DNA of 64,000 nt. It comes from Trichosphaerium sp. ATCC 40318. Lineage: Eukaryota; Protista; Tubulinea. This document shows, in pieces, positions 1 through 13,172 of this stretch. The notes under the pieces were generated by a model. That model was not told where the DNA came from. It saw only the letters and a program-made list of their open reading frames with translations, and searched no databases. The stretch lies in NCBI GenBank assembly GCA_038496445.1, contig JALMLS010000525.1:1-64000 (forward strand). Reading direction: 5' to 3'. A program made the translations under genes and the position numbers. Positions within the stretch are counted from its first letter, which is position 1; every line of letters starts with the position of its first letter.

Positions 1-240
1 TTTTTTTTTGCATGGTGCAGTTATTGTGCACAAAGATTGATTGGATGAAGTGAAGCCGGAGGATACAACAATACCTGAAAGATGCATTTTCTTTACGACT
101 GTTTTGTGTCCTTTTATAGGCGGGATACCAAAAGTAGTACTCGTTTTAGCTGTAGAAATTGGTTTGAATACTAACTTATTTAAACAATTTATAAGTTTAT
201 TGGTATTTACAGTGTTTAGCCAGTTTCTGACCTTATAAAC

Positions 241-3200
241 CTATTTTTTACCACGTAATTTCTTAGGGACAGGTACACCAAACTTCAAAGCCTTTGAAGA
301 TAGCTTGTCAGCATAACCTTTACCTTTTTTCTTCAAACGAGCTTTTTGGCTTAATTGCGAGTCATCTTCTTCAGGCTCATCTTCATTATCTTCATCTATT
401 TCTTCTCCGTTTCCTTCTCCCTTGCCTTCTTGATCGTTATCGACAACGATATCTTCTTCTCCTTTAGCTCCTCTGAAGAGATCACTGCACCACCAACTAT
501 CTTTTACAAGTTGAAGCAAGCCGGAAACAATTTCCTTCGTTTTCTTCTTCTTGTGGTTGCTAATGTATGACGCGACTGTAGCTTGCATTGCCTTCGCATC
601 AGCCTTATCAGGTACAAAAGCATCATTGAGAGCCTTCTTTGTTGCAGTATACACCTTTGACTTCATGGACATTCTGCGAAAAAAGTAAGAAAAGTAAGTT
701 CACTTTACGAAAAAGTCACGTGATTGTTTACCTTTTTAGGCAGTATAGTGATACTAAAGCAACACTATCATTTTTGAACCAACCCAAGTTCGTCATAATG
801 ATTGCTTTGAGTTGTTCTAAGGCACTGTTGGCGTTGCTGTAAAACTGCTTGGACATTGTCATTGACGCAAACAAGCCAATAGCAAACAAGTCAAGCATTG
901 TTCCTCTATAATCACCGAAAATAATGACCTTTTATGATGTCAATACATTAACTAAGTATGTTATTGGTACCCAGTCTTTGCATGATATAGCTTTGCTGTC
1001 GAAATACACCAGGGTAAGCAATTTCTGCTTAATTGAGAGTGATACGTATGTTGAAAACATTATCTTGATGATATTGCTATCAGCAGAAAGCTCCGTTGAT
1101 GATAGCATTGAGATAAGTTCCTTGTCTAATACAGAAGTTATACAATGTCTGGCTACTTTTCTTACTTTTTTTTGAGTTCCCTAGATGTACATCGTTTGGA
1201 ATGCAAAGAACTCTGTCAGATGATTTCAAAGGTAGACAAGACAGCTTTAGTTGTCCACAATTCCTTTTAAACGTTAGTGGACTCAAATGAATTTGTGACT
1301 GCTAGGTACCATCCGTTGTCACCTTTTTGTAGGTTGACTTTTATATTTGATATACTGTAAGTTGTAGGCGGTTCGTCTTTCATTTGTAATTTTAAGAGCT
1401 CCCTTGCTTTCTTGTGTGCGTCTTCTTCTTTTGGGTCTCCTTTAAAGAAACCTGACTTGGCAAAGAACTTTGTCTAAAACAAAAACCTATCAACAAAAGA
1501 ACAGGTGTTCTGTTGCTTACCGAAAAGTCCAATTCTGTTGATGCTTTAGAAGATGAGAGTCCCTTAACAAGACCACCCTTAGGAGTATTAAGGAATACAA
1601 CACCATTATCTTGTAGTGAACTGAGACCTAGAGCAGAGAAAGGACTTATATTTCCGGTATCCTTTGGAAAATGATTTGCTAGCTCCCTAATTGAAACAAC
1701 TTAGTTCGCAAGATCGTTTTCTTGTTTGTTTTACTTACGTCCACTTGAAACCTGCGTTTGGTTTTCCTGTTTTATCCACTACGTTATTTAAGGCGAAAAT
1801 TAACGGAGATCGGACAGTTCCTTTCTCCTTTGTCATCCAATGAGGCGGTTTACAATCAAACGCTTTGTTTGTTGCCCGATCAAAAGTAGCACCATTGTAC
1901 ATGTCAACATCCCATACACGTGTATTTAAACCCAAACCTACGAGTGGAACTTATTACGTGATGCTAGATGATAGAAAGAAAGTTGTACCTGTGAGAATTT
2001 TGAGCCAAGACATGTACATTACAGCGTTGATATGTTTATCAGTCAACAAGATTGCATCATATGATTCAACAGTTGGGAACTCTTCCCAACGAGGTGCACA
2101 TCTACAAGCTTGTTGTTGATACTCTATCGATTTGTTTTTAAATATTAATTCAGCTCTCACTAGCGCTCTAATGTGGTGTAAGTGACGTCATCGTGAAACA
2201 TGCTGTGGAATTGTTTACATACTTTTTAAAATGCAAGACATCTTTTTTCATTGTGAAGTCAACGTCCAACGCTATACTCGATTTTGAGTTGATTTCAGGG
2301 ATAACAAGTACAAGAGTCTGTGAGTTTGTATCTGGTTCTTGTACTATATCTTTGTGATTTACAATAACATCCTAAACTCAGCGTTAACAAAAGTAAACAT
2401 ACAAGAAAAACACAAAACAGTACCTGGGTGAATCTGAGTTTCAAAGCGATACTGCCTTCTCCTTGACCGTAAGGTTTTAAGGAAATGTTCTGAATTGATA
2501 CTTTCACACTTCCTGAATCTCCTCTAAATAAGCTCTCGGTAACCTAATAGCATATTTATGAGAAACAAAAAGCAATCGCAAAATAAAAGCTAACCTTAAT
2601 TGATTCAATGCGAACTGGGTACTGAACTAAGAAGTCTACAACACGTTGACAACCCTATAATATCGTCAGTTCAAAGTGTGCTGAGTATTGTCATACCCTG
2701 AAAGCGCGTCTTGTTAGTTCAGCATTTACAAGTAATTGGGAATGTTCTATCAAAGGACCAGGTTTTGAAGGTGGAGCGAAATCAGCAATATTGACTTTGA
2801 TTTCTTGATCACTAAGAGTAACAGAAGCGCCAGGAGCAATTTTTGGGAAAGCAACAGCGCTTCCCTTTGTCATAATACCCTTGATATTCGAGGCAAATAA
2901 AGCCATACCAGCAGGAAGAGTGAGTCCTCCTGTGTTCTTTACAACTATGTTTTTAATCACAACTTCTCTTTGGGGCTCCCATACACCATCCCCAACAGAA
3001 TCAACAACCTCAAAGCTTACGAATTGAGGATAGTACAGCTGTTTACTCTTCTCAAGAACAGAACCCTACAAAAAAGTAAGAAAAAAAGTCAACAATTGTC
3101 TTTCAAACTTACGTTTGGTGATACAACAGTATAAACTGTTTCTGCATCTCTACCAGATGTTCCACTAGTACCGCTTTGTCCTGAGTTTCCAGAGCGTCCT

Positions 3201-6185
3201 TGTTTTCCCCATTTTCCTTGACGTCCAGAAGAACCTACGTTTCCACTTCTAGACTACAAAGGTTGTTAGTACATGGTATTTTTCTGTAAGTGAATAACTT
3301 ACATAGGTTCCATTTCCATCGCTTCCAGCTTTACAAGAAAATATTAGCTTTGGGCAACAAAACAAAAAACTCACGTTCACTCCATCGACCAGGTGCTCCG
3401 CCACTACCACCGCTCCCATTCGAACTATAGCACGTGAGAAAGCTGTGAAAAAACAAGCTTTGCATACCCGCCAGAACCTCCAGTGCCGCCAGTACCTCTG
3501 GTACCAGCACTTCCGCCTCTGCCACCATAGTTATGACATCGAAGGAGCATTAGAAGTCGAGGATCAGCTGTAGTCACAGTAATGGGCGCAGCATCACCAC
3601 CACTACCGCCATTACCTGTTATGAAATTAACCATGGACGCTGCCTTTAATGTAGGTACCTCCTTTGGCTCCATTTGCGCCATGTCCTCCGTTCCCACCAC
3701 TAGCAGCAATTAGGAAAACAACTTCAAGTTTGAATTGGCTACTTACTTTCCACCGTTACCTCCTCTTCCACCGTTAGGAGCTCGTTGCCCATCTCCGGCA
3801 CCACCGTCACCTCCGCGGCCTCCGTATCCCTAAAATACACTTAGATTGTTACAAAATGTTTGTTTCGTACACCAGAGCCACCAGAACCTCCATTTCCCTA
3901 TTAAGTTGTACGTTAGTAAACTAAACGTTGTTGGTATGTGCAACTGTACCCCTGAACCTCCGGAACCACCTGTTTAAAGTAATTAGAAAACGATTTTGTT
4001 TTTACAAACATACCATTTCCACCACGTGCATCTAATACTATGATAGTGTCTTTATCTCCACAAGCAGATAAGCTTATTGAAGAACTATCAGTCCCTGATA
4101 GTTGAATACCTACAGTTCCGTCGTTTTGAATACCCTGGGCATAGGTAAGTTCACAGTATAAAACATGAGATAGCGGCACTTACACTTGTATCCAAAGTTA
4201 TATCTATTGGCATTGCACTTTCAGCATACCCGCCATCGCCGCCACTGGTACCAGCTTGTCCGCTAGTACCTGGTTCACCGTGTTCTTTTAAAAGAAAAAA
4301 GTAAGTATTTCAACAGCTATCATTATACTGTACCTCCATCAGCACCAGGTTGTCCAGCAGCACCTGTTACTCCAGCACGTCCATTTTTACCAGAACTCCC
4401 ACTCGATCCTTTTTGAATAATTAGTATTGTGTACTTGAAACTGAGTAGGTACCGCTTGTGCCTGATTCTCCTGTGCTTCCGTGTTTACCCGAAAAGTTAA
4501 CATGCAAAGAAACTTCTTCAGGTACTTTGACAGACAAAGGAACAATTGTTACTGACCCATCAATAAGCGTGATTACCTTGGGCATAAATATTCCTTCTTT
4601 CTCTACCAATTTAGAGTATTTTGGATCAAGACCTTAAAACAGCCTTTAGGATTTCTTGTACGGTTGATTTATAAATCAACTGAAATGTCAAGTACCAGGA
4701 GCAGGTAGAGCATTATAATTATTAAGTTTAACCCAAGGAACGTTTTTATCAGAGAGAAATTTAGACATGGCCATCTCCAGTGTCTGTGAAATCAATGTGG
4801 ATTGTTTCTATAAAGCATGAGATTGTGATTTGAAAAATATTTCTTTAGCGTACCTGTAAAAACTCTAGTGCTGGCGGATCTGTTGCTGGAACAATCTGTG
4901 CTAGACAGTTTATCTTTCCTGACATCTTATTTCTTGCATCAAGGTCGCATATGAAAGGTACAGCGACATTGTCTACAAAGAAGAACTTGTTAGTTGGAAA
5001 GGTGTTGGTTTTTTGTACCATCAATTTTATCTAGCAGTATCTCCATTTCAGCTATTTTTTGGTCACTGACTATAGCCTTACTGTTGTATACTTCTACAAT
5101 TACACTACAACCACGATCTCTAACGAGTGCGGATGATTCATGTTCCCAAACAAAGCTTGAAGGAAACTCTTTCGTTCTACAAGTTATTGAGAATTCGAAG
5201 AAAAAACCTAGGACAGAGAAAAGGCGGTTGCTCGCATGCAGTTTTCAGTTACCATGTTACCACAACAGCGGTGTGTAGGTAGCAAACAATTATTTTGCAA
5301 ATACGTGAAGAAAGATACAAGAAAAAAGTAGAGAAAAGAAAATGGATTGCTTACTCTGTTCGTTTAAGTTGAGGCGTTGATGCCATTTTATTCTTTGGAT
5401 GCGTAGAAAAATGCCACGTGGCGTAATACTCTAGAAAAACTAACATCAACACCTTGAAGGTCCACAAAGTGAACTCAAAAAAAAACTCAAGAAAGCGTAC
5501 TTCTGTTAATAACATCTGTGAAGTTCGCCTCGTTAATGAGTAAATACATCGACGAAGGATTCTTTTGTAGAGCCTGTAATAAATAAATAAACTCATGACT
5601 AAATATGTTCGTAATAGTACCAACGCTGAGGACTCTGATGTTTGTACAACATAGCGAATAGATAGTAAAACTTTTGCTCCTTTTTCACCGAAATTGTGCC
5701 TTTCACAGATTAAGCCACAGTACAACCAGAGTGGATAAACCATGATAAAAAAATACAGTTCTTACCATTTACGCTCTGTGATGTTTTGTTTTATATCACC
5801 CAAAGACAATTTGATGTCCTTATAAGTTGAAGCGCCAAAGGTTTTTTTAAACTTTACGAAAAATTAGCAGGAGGCTCTGTTTTCAATAGATATTTCTCCG
5901 TACTCTAAGTCTGCATTTTAGTTCTTTAGCGCCTGACACATTGCTAAAAGTATGCGTTTCTCCCCATAGAGGATCAGGCTAAATTATGTAAGTACGCTAC
6001 AAGAACGTCATTGCGCTTACCCCGCTTGTAAATTTCGCAGTTTTAGATACGTTCCCAACATGTAGTTGAACGCTCCACTTCTTTTTTGCGTCGACGCCAG
6101 TCCCACGTATTATACGAACAACCAAGTTAGATTGTTGTATACCTGTACCGGTCGACTTTTCATCTGAAGAGCTGCTGCGTTCCAT
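241..6185 (-). CDS. Large multi-exon protein: two N-terminal C2-like domains, Gly-rich (G-x-x / PGRS-like) region, uncharacterised C-terminal domain and acidic/basic tail
   Basis: ATG at 6185 (MERSSSSDEKST...LVVRIIRGTGVDAKKKWSVQLHVG, C2-like). Second C2-like segment EYYATWHFSTHPKNKMASTPQLKRTE/FVWEH...VIVEVYNSKAIVSDQKIAEMEILL. GGxGGxG exons at about 3100-4500. Then YYPQFVSFEVVDSVGDGVWEPQREVVIKNIVVKNTGGLTLP and TRVWDVDMYNG. Stop at 241. Co-oriented GT-AG introns link the fragments; a split into two genes cannot be fully excluded. Confidence 0.7.
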
Positions 6186-6713
6186 TTGTGAAGCTACAAA
6201 AAAATACTGCTGTAAAACTAAACGAAAACTTTCCAAATTTCTGGTTTTTTAACACGCTTACGCTCAGCAGAGCCTATTGTTAACGATGCCCAGAATGCCT
6301 AATAAATCAGACGACAATTTACCAGAATCAAGGTTGACACTATGTGTCACTATTAGCATTTCATTGATTCTTTGAAATTTTTGTAATCTTCTCAGTATTG
6401 GCACCAGAAAAAGTACTAGTAATATGAACAAAACTGGCTTTGAACACATAAAGTGGCTTGTAGTAAAATCATATTATTTGCTACAATAGTGGGAGCATAG
6501 TTGACCAACAAAGAAAGCCGTAACAATACAAAATCGTCAAATGGCAAAAAACAACAAAATCAGAGTTTTGATGCTAAAGAGGAACAGAACCCTCGGAGAG
6601 CTCGTTTTAGTTACTCTGGGTTAATATATTGAGTCTTACAATGTGATTATGAGTTCTTTGCGCTTTCTTAATTTGTTTAAGCGCTTATTGTCTGGCAACT
6701 CCCCAATAACGCC

Positions 6714-7695
6714 ATGCGAGCTATATCAAGCGTTTTAGTTATTTTGGCGCTATGTTCGCTGCTTATTGCGCGTGGCGTCGAAAAATCATCTTGTGAAGCG
6801 AATAAGGACTGCAAATCGTGTACACTGAGTTCCACGCCTTTGGGTTGTAGGTGGTGCGGTACAGATAACACTTGTCGGCCTACTTTTGGAACAAACAATA
6901 GCACATGCTACGAGGCAGAATATATCGATGAAACAAAGCTATGTGGGGTACAAACTCACACTTTTAAGATTTGACAAATCGCACAACAATACGTATTCTT
7001 TACTGCTAACGCAATAACGCTTAAATCCGGTTTGAGCGTACTGTAGTGTAGTACGACATCTAATTTAGCTTAGTGTACGCCAACAACTTGTAAAGTAAGC
7101 CCTGGACTTGATAGTAGCGTATGTTCATGGTACACGCGAACTACAGAAGGCACTTTGGGTAATGACACATCTAAATGGTTTGGTACGTTTTTTCTAAAAA
7201 TGCATGTGACCCTTTTGACAAAAAAAAAGGTGGTGATTTCCTTCCAAAGATTTATAGTAATACGGCGCACTGTGTTTGCTCAGGAGACAATCTTCCATTG
7301 TGGGAGGTACCTGTAGCTCAGTGTATCCGTAAAAGTATTATTCAGAGCCATTACGCCATCCCTCCAGAAACAAAGGTAAGTTCTTGTTGGTTTTCTTTTT
7401 TTTTTTTTACCACGGCCTATATTTGGTCTAACAAGCTCATCAATAGCGCAAGATGAGGTCTATTTCGGGTGAATGTATTGAATCAGAACAATTTGTGCCA
7501 ATGATTTATGCCATTCATCAGAAAGCATACAAGACATGTTGTTGCACTGGAAAAATTGCACCAATTGAGGCATGGTATCTTCTTATGTGTGAGGGCAGTG
7601 CGTTCCCTTGTAGTATTAAAGGACCGCCGGAAACGCTTAAACCTGGTCTTTTGTGGTCAGTACTCGAGGCTGGACGCTGTGGTTGCGGATGGTAA
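6714..7695 (+). CDS. Secreted cysteine-rich protein with an N-terminal PSI-like domain (4 exons)
   Basis: Signal peptide MRAISSVLVILALCSLLIARG; PSI-like SCEANKDCKSCTLSSTPLGCRWCGTDNTC. Three GT-AG introns join in frame to the C-terminus ...CCCTG...GRCGCGW*. Confidence 0.8.
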
Positions 7696-8074
7696 CAACT
7701 TTTATTTACACTTGTTTCAAACTAATAAAATGGCTTCCACGATATTAAATGTTTTGTCCTTGGTGCGGATGCACAGTACGTTTTTTTTTCATGTAGTATC
7801 AAGCTCAGTAGCACACGATATCATCTTTGCTACTCTTAAATTTCTGTTTGTACAACTCTTGACGATAAGTTGAAGCCATCTTGTTCAATGTAATTTATTG
7901 CTGATTGGGCAACTAGATTTGAAAGAATGAATTCCCTTGAACAAAACTATGAAGAAAGTTCATAACTTAAAGTCAACAGTTGTGATCGCGATGGTCACGG
8001 GTTAATAAATTATCAAAGAGTGACTTTGTCGATAATATAAACACGAAATTTATTTAAATTTCACTTGAATCTAT

Positions 8075-10233
8075 TTACATAAACAATGCTATTACAAAAA
8101 CGAACAATGATAAAATAGGAACCAATGCCTTAGAGCTTGACTCAGGTCTACTATTAGATCCTGTTATCGTTATTTCAATGCTATTACTAGCTTTGCCGTT
8201 TGCAGCAACTTGGATACCGATTAAATTTCTTCGTGAGAAAGGCATAGTACAAGTCTACGAATAAAATGAATCAACACACATACGCAATAATCAAAACATA
8301 AAATAACGATTGCTGGAAGAACAATGAAGACTAGAAATTGGAAAATTTCGTCTTTTTTTTTTTTTCTGTGAAAAAAACGTACCACTTCAGAAAGAGCTGT
8401 GTTTGCTTTTGCTACTGATGTTGTAGCTGCAGCAAGTCCTCCGTATATGCATGCTAGATCATCACCATAGAAGAAGTAACCACGTATAGTTATGACATCA
8501 CCGACAGTAATGGAATCTTTGTCCGTCCACAAGGCGATAGGACATGGATCAAAGTTCACTGGTCTTGATTAGTTGTTTGGTTTTGTTGGTATGATTGAGT
8601 TCGTACAAACTAAAGTCCATCCAAGACGCCAGAATACGTTTACTTCTTCTGGTTGCATACCGTAAATACGATCAGGCTCAATTGTAGGTACCATTAGACC
8701 TGGTTGTTGAGTTAATTTTAAAAGTTTGGAATTTGCTAAAAGATCTCACCTTCGTATTTCTCATCCCAGGTACCAGCAAGTCCATTTTCTCCTGTGGAAA
8801 ACGGTATGCCATCATCATCGGATTTTACTAGGGCAGAAAAACCTAAGAAACTCGTTTCGGTGCCTAATAGTAAAGAGTAAGTAAAGATTGGCGGATTTAT
8901 TTCGTTTCGTTTAAAATTCACCTTTCTTTATTGAACGAACACCAAACCATGATGTTCCAGGGAGTCTGTACAAATCTAACATCGTTGGTATGATTTCATC
9001 TGGATCTGGAGTGCCGGCAGCATCTAGAAAAAAAGTTAACAAAAAAACGCCGTTTCATTCAAAAATAACCATACACTGTCTATCTTGTTCACTAATGAAC
9101 CCAAAAATATGACCCATCTCACGTACTAATACAGCAACAGCATCAATTTTACCCTTTGGTAAAAAAGTTAAAAAAACATGAGTTTTCAAGTAATATCACG
9201 TGATATTTTTGTTTGAGTGTTTAGTTGTACGTACAGATTCGAGTGGTGTTGTAACATCGAAATCAAATGGGTATGTCGTATCATCATTAGAGAGAACAAT
9301 CTTACCATCTAGTTCGCCGTTTGTATCGTCAAAATTTCTGGTTGGAAATATTGCCTTGGTTTTAAACGTAAGCCATTGCAGGTGAAGGTTTTTTTTGCGT
9401 AGTACCTTAGCTTGCGCCTTTGAAGGACCTATTTTTGTAGGAAGCACTTGACCATCTTCAGTTTCGAAGTTCAATCTGCTTGTAAAAAATACATCTTGTA
9501 GAATGAAACTCTTAGCTTTCAAGTTGCTTTGATATTGAGTTCTATACAATTTATGAGTTAAGGTTTGTAAACTGTAGGAATGTTGCTTTTCTTTTTGCTC
9601 TTGTATTAAAGTACGTACACTAATTCGTCTCTTCCCATATCCATTATACGCTCAACGGTAGTGGTAACAGCAGTATTTGTATCACCATTGAAATCAACTT
9701 CGAAAGTAACCGTAACATCATCGAGAATAACCTCTTTCTACGCGTATTTAGTACATTCCGCACCGTTTCGATCACGTTTTATGGAGGAAAAAAAAGCGTG
9801 ATGTATATTACGTTAGAAAATGAAATAAGTCGTACCCAAACAAGTATCGCTGCGTCCACAGAGGCTTGAATGTCTGTTCTCTAAGATAGACAGTTAGCAA
9901 ATTTCAAAAAGAAAAATTTTCGTGCACTTACGTCAACTGCTCCTGGCCCGTAGTTTACCACAATATTAAGCTCAGAACCAGCACTATGCGTTGTGCCGCC
10001 CCTTAGGAGATTAATGGGTGTTTTGGGTTAGTGGTGTACCTTTTATGTGCGTCACCTTTATAACTTGCCTCAGAAGCTAAGATTAAATGTTAGTTATACA
10101 TAGGCACTTGTTTATTACATGACGCGATACATGCTCTCGTGAATCGACGTGACGACTAATTATTAAACCATAACATACCTGTAGCAACTCCCAGTATTGT
10201 TACGCATAAAACTATTAATAAGAGAGGGCGCAT
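8075..10233 (-). CDS. GPI-anchored surface protein: zincin (NF038122/matrixin-like) pseudo-metalloprotease domain plus IPT/TIG domain
   Basis: Signal peptide MRPLLLIVLCVTILGVAT. Core DGKIVLSNDDTTYPFDFD...GKIDAVAVLVREMGHIFGFISEQD...PTMLDLYR...GLMVPTI. IPT-like ITVGDVITIRGYFFYGDDLACIYG...TCTMP. Hydrophobic C-terminus SSSKALVPILSLFVFVIALFM*. Confidence 0.75.
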
Positions 10234-11522
10234 TGTTAATGTCTTACTGAAATAATTGCTCAAGTCTTGTTTGCTAAAAATATTCCTAACTTAACATCTT
10301 ACCTTCTTCCGTCGCACGCAACCTCCGAACTATCTCAGAGAGAACAATAACTGCACGGTGTCTTTCCATCTAGCGGGTTCTGTAAAAAGGAAGTTCCTGT
10401 GGGGCAATAGTGCTCTGCATTTAGGAAGTACGAAAGAATTTTTCGTTTCGTATTTGTTACCCTGTGCTTATTGCTTTTTTTGTAATGTCGGTTCGGATCA
10501 CCAAACGTCGCGAAGAATTCCAAAATATTCTGAACAATGCAAGCGCATTGGCATTGAAGTTGCTGTGAAGGAGCTAACTAAACCCTCGCGGAAGATTGTG
10601 ATACCACGTTCACCGCTAAGCACTATTTATTTTCACTAGTTTATGAAAAAGGAACCTCAAAAATATGCATAGCTATTTGCCTATAAAATGAAGACGCCAA
10701 AAGATTGGCTTTAAGTAGGCAAACACTTTCAGCTGAGATTGAAGTACTTCCTTACAGCCACAGTGGTTTTGACGTACATGGAAAATTTTCAAAGGACCAA
10801 TAATAGTCCAGAAAATGAACTTTATGCCCATTACACAGGTGTCATTTGCCTTCGATACTTCTCTTTTTTTACACTTTGTGTACTTGTATTTATCCTCAGC
10901 AAACTGCATGTACGCTATTTCTTGTGTTCTCCATGCATAATACATATTGAAATAACATTGAATAAATGGTTCACCTGAGTCATGCCACCATCTACTTTAG
11001 TTTGAATACTAAAAATGCTTGAGCAAGTGGCCTGCAGCGCCACTCCTGTAGTCTCTTTAATTTGCACAGGCATAACAGAGTTGGAACACGATGCCCAAGT
11101 TTGATGTCACCATCAAGTTCGCAATTTAAAACTCTGTTCTTTTATTTTCTTGCGACTGGAACCGTTTGTTTCCGCACTGATGCTCTTCAACTTAGTGTCA
11201 AATCTTGACGTTGGTGCTGTGTATCTATTTAGCAGATGGTTACATTTTATTCCACGTTGTAACGAAGGTAGCAAGTGGTACTGTGGCTCCACTGGAAGGT
11301 GCAATAGATAGCATTTTTCGGTTTTTGTTCCAATTTAGGATTCAGTTTTCGGTTGTCTAGACGAATTTCTCGTTCCTTGGTGCCCACCCAGAAATTGTTT
11401 CATTAACATGAAAACATGGTAAGCGATAACTATTTTGAAAGAGCAGGATAGACCTATTTAAGCAATCGAAACTCTTGCAACTTATCTGAATAAACAGTTA
11501 AGACACACTAGCTCATTAACGG

Positions 11523-13172
11523 ATGCTTAGAACTGCTGTAAGTCATCAAGTTACGCGTCAAAGACGCCATCACGCACACAACAGCCGCCTTTACGCTCAA
11601 GTAAACTCCTTGAATTTAACAATTTACTGAAACATACTTAGACATCAGAGAGCATCGTACCAGATTCTCCTGTGCTTAAAACAGAAGATGTTGAACTAAT
11701 ACGCTCATTCATTGTTTCCCGTTCTAATCTGACAGTTATCACTGGCGCAGGCATGAGGTATGTCAATAAAAGTAATCACAGCGCCGTAAATACCGCCTGG
11801 TATTTTCTCCGCTAAACTTGTTTAGCACTGAGTCTGGTTTACCTGATTATCGATCCCCTAATGGTAGGTACGCGTAAAAAAGCTCTAAAATCAATTCGTA
11901 GCTTACCTGATGTTTTTTTCAACAGTTACTCTAAAGGCCACAAACCAACTACATTTCAAGAATTTATGCGAAAAGACGGCATAAGAAGGCGGTACGAACA
12001 AAATCTGTATATGACACTTGTCATAAAAAACAAAATCCTAAATGTCACATAAAATAACCAAAACAAGGTATTGGGCGAGATCAATGTATGGATGGAATAG
12101 ATTTAACGGTAAAAAACCAAATGCTGGTCATGAGGCTGTAGCAAACCTTCAAAAACTTGGACATATTAACAATATCATTACACAGGTACAACGACGAGCA
12201 CCAGAAGCATCCAAGCAACTTGACAAATTTTTTTTGGACTTGACGTCTCCACGCTCACTTTTGCTCAGAATGTTGATAAGCTTCATCATAAAGCTGGTGC
12301 AGAACGTATTATAGAGCTCCATGGGCATCTATCTTCTGTTGTTTGTATGAAATGTGGTCGTTCTATGGATAGAGGAGCATATCAAAAGGATTTGATGGAA
12401 AGAAATAAATCATGGATAGAAAGGAATAATTGTCTTGTAGATATTCAACAAGGTTCGACAATCGATTTAAACATATCGCTCCGTTTTCCACATAGTGAAC
12501 CTTTTTGACGCTGATATCCATGTCTTCAAGGCTATTAACCTGTATCTCCTACAACATTGTCAACACATTGTAGTGAGTTGAGGAGCTTTTTTTTGATACT
12601 TTTTTTCTTCCACCTTTACTACTTTTTCTCATTCTCTACTAGGAAGAGCTGATGGTGATGTTGCGCTTTCAGATGATACTGATTTTTCAGACTTTTCTTA
12701 CGCTCATTGTCAATGCGAGATGAAAGCTATCATCAAACCAAATGTTGTATTTTTCGGTGAAAATATTCCGTTTGAAAGGAAAGAGAAAGCAAAAGATATA
12801 GTACTTGATGTACGCCTATAATGTCAACCCACCTATTTTTCTTCTCCTTTTCAAAAAATCAGTTTGTTGTGATTGGATACCTCAACACAGTTCTTTCTTG
12901 TTCATTCTTTCCTTTAGTCTGATGGTGTGCTTGTTCTTGGAACATCATTAATGGTTTACTCTGCGTATAGCCTTGTTCTAAAAGCAACAGAAGCAGGTAT
13001 ACCTGTTGTTATCTGTAATATAGGGGAGTCACGTGCAGATAAACTTGAAGGTATAACTAGAGTGCAGGTGCGTTATAAACTAATTTTAAGGCTTAATTCT
13101 TAACGTTAACTTTGTGCACAAATACAGGGTCGTACTGGTGAAATAATGCCACATGTAGTTTCCTCATTGTAA
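11523..13172 (+). CDS. SIRT4: NAD-dependent protein deacylase, sirtuin class II (SIRT4-like), probably mitochondrial
   Basis: Spliced motifs TGAGMSTESGLPDYRSPNG, RRRYWARSMYGW, PNAGH, ITQNVDKLHHKAG, ELHG, RADGD, KPNVVFFGENIP, VLGTSLMVYSAY, NIGESRAD. Confidence 0.93.

Noticed and set aside
3100-4500. Collagen call for the G-x-x repeats
   Set aside because: Runs are short, Pro-poor and rich in GG, with no signal peptide; better explained as a polyglycine-type region.
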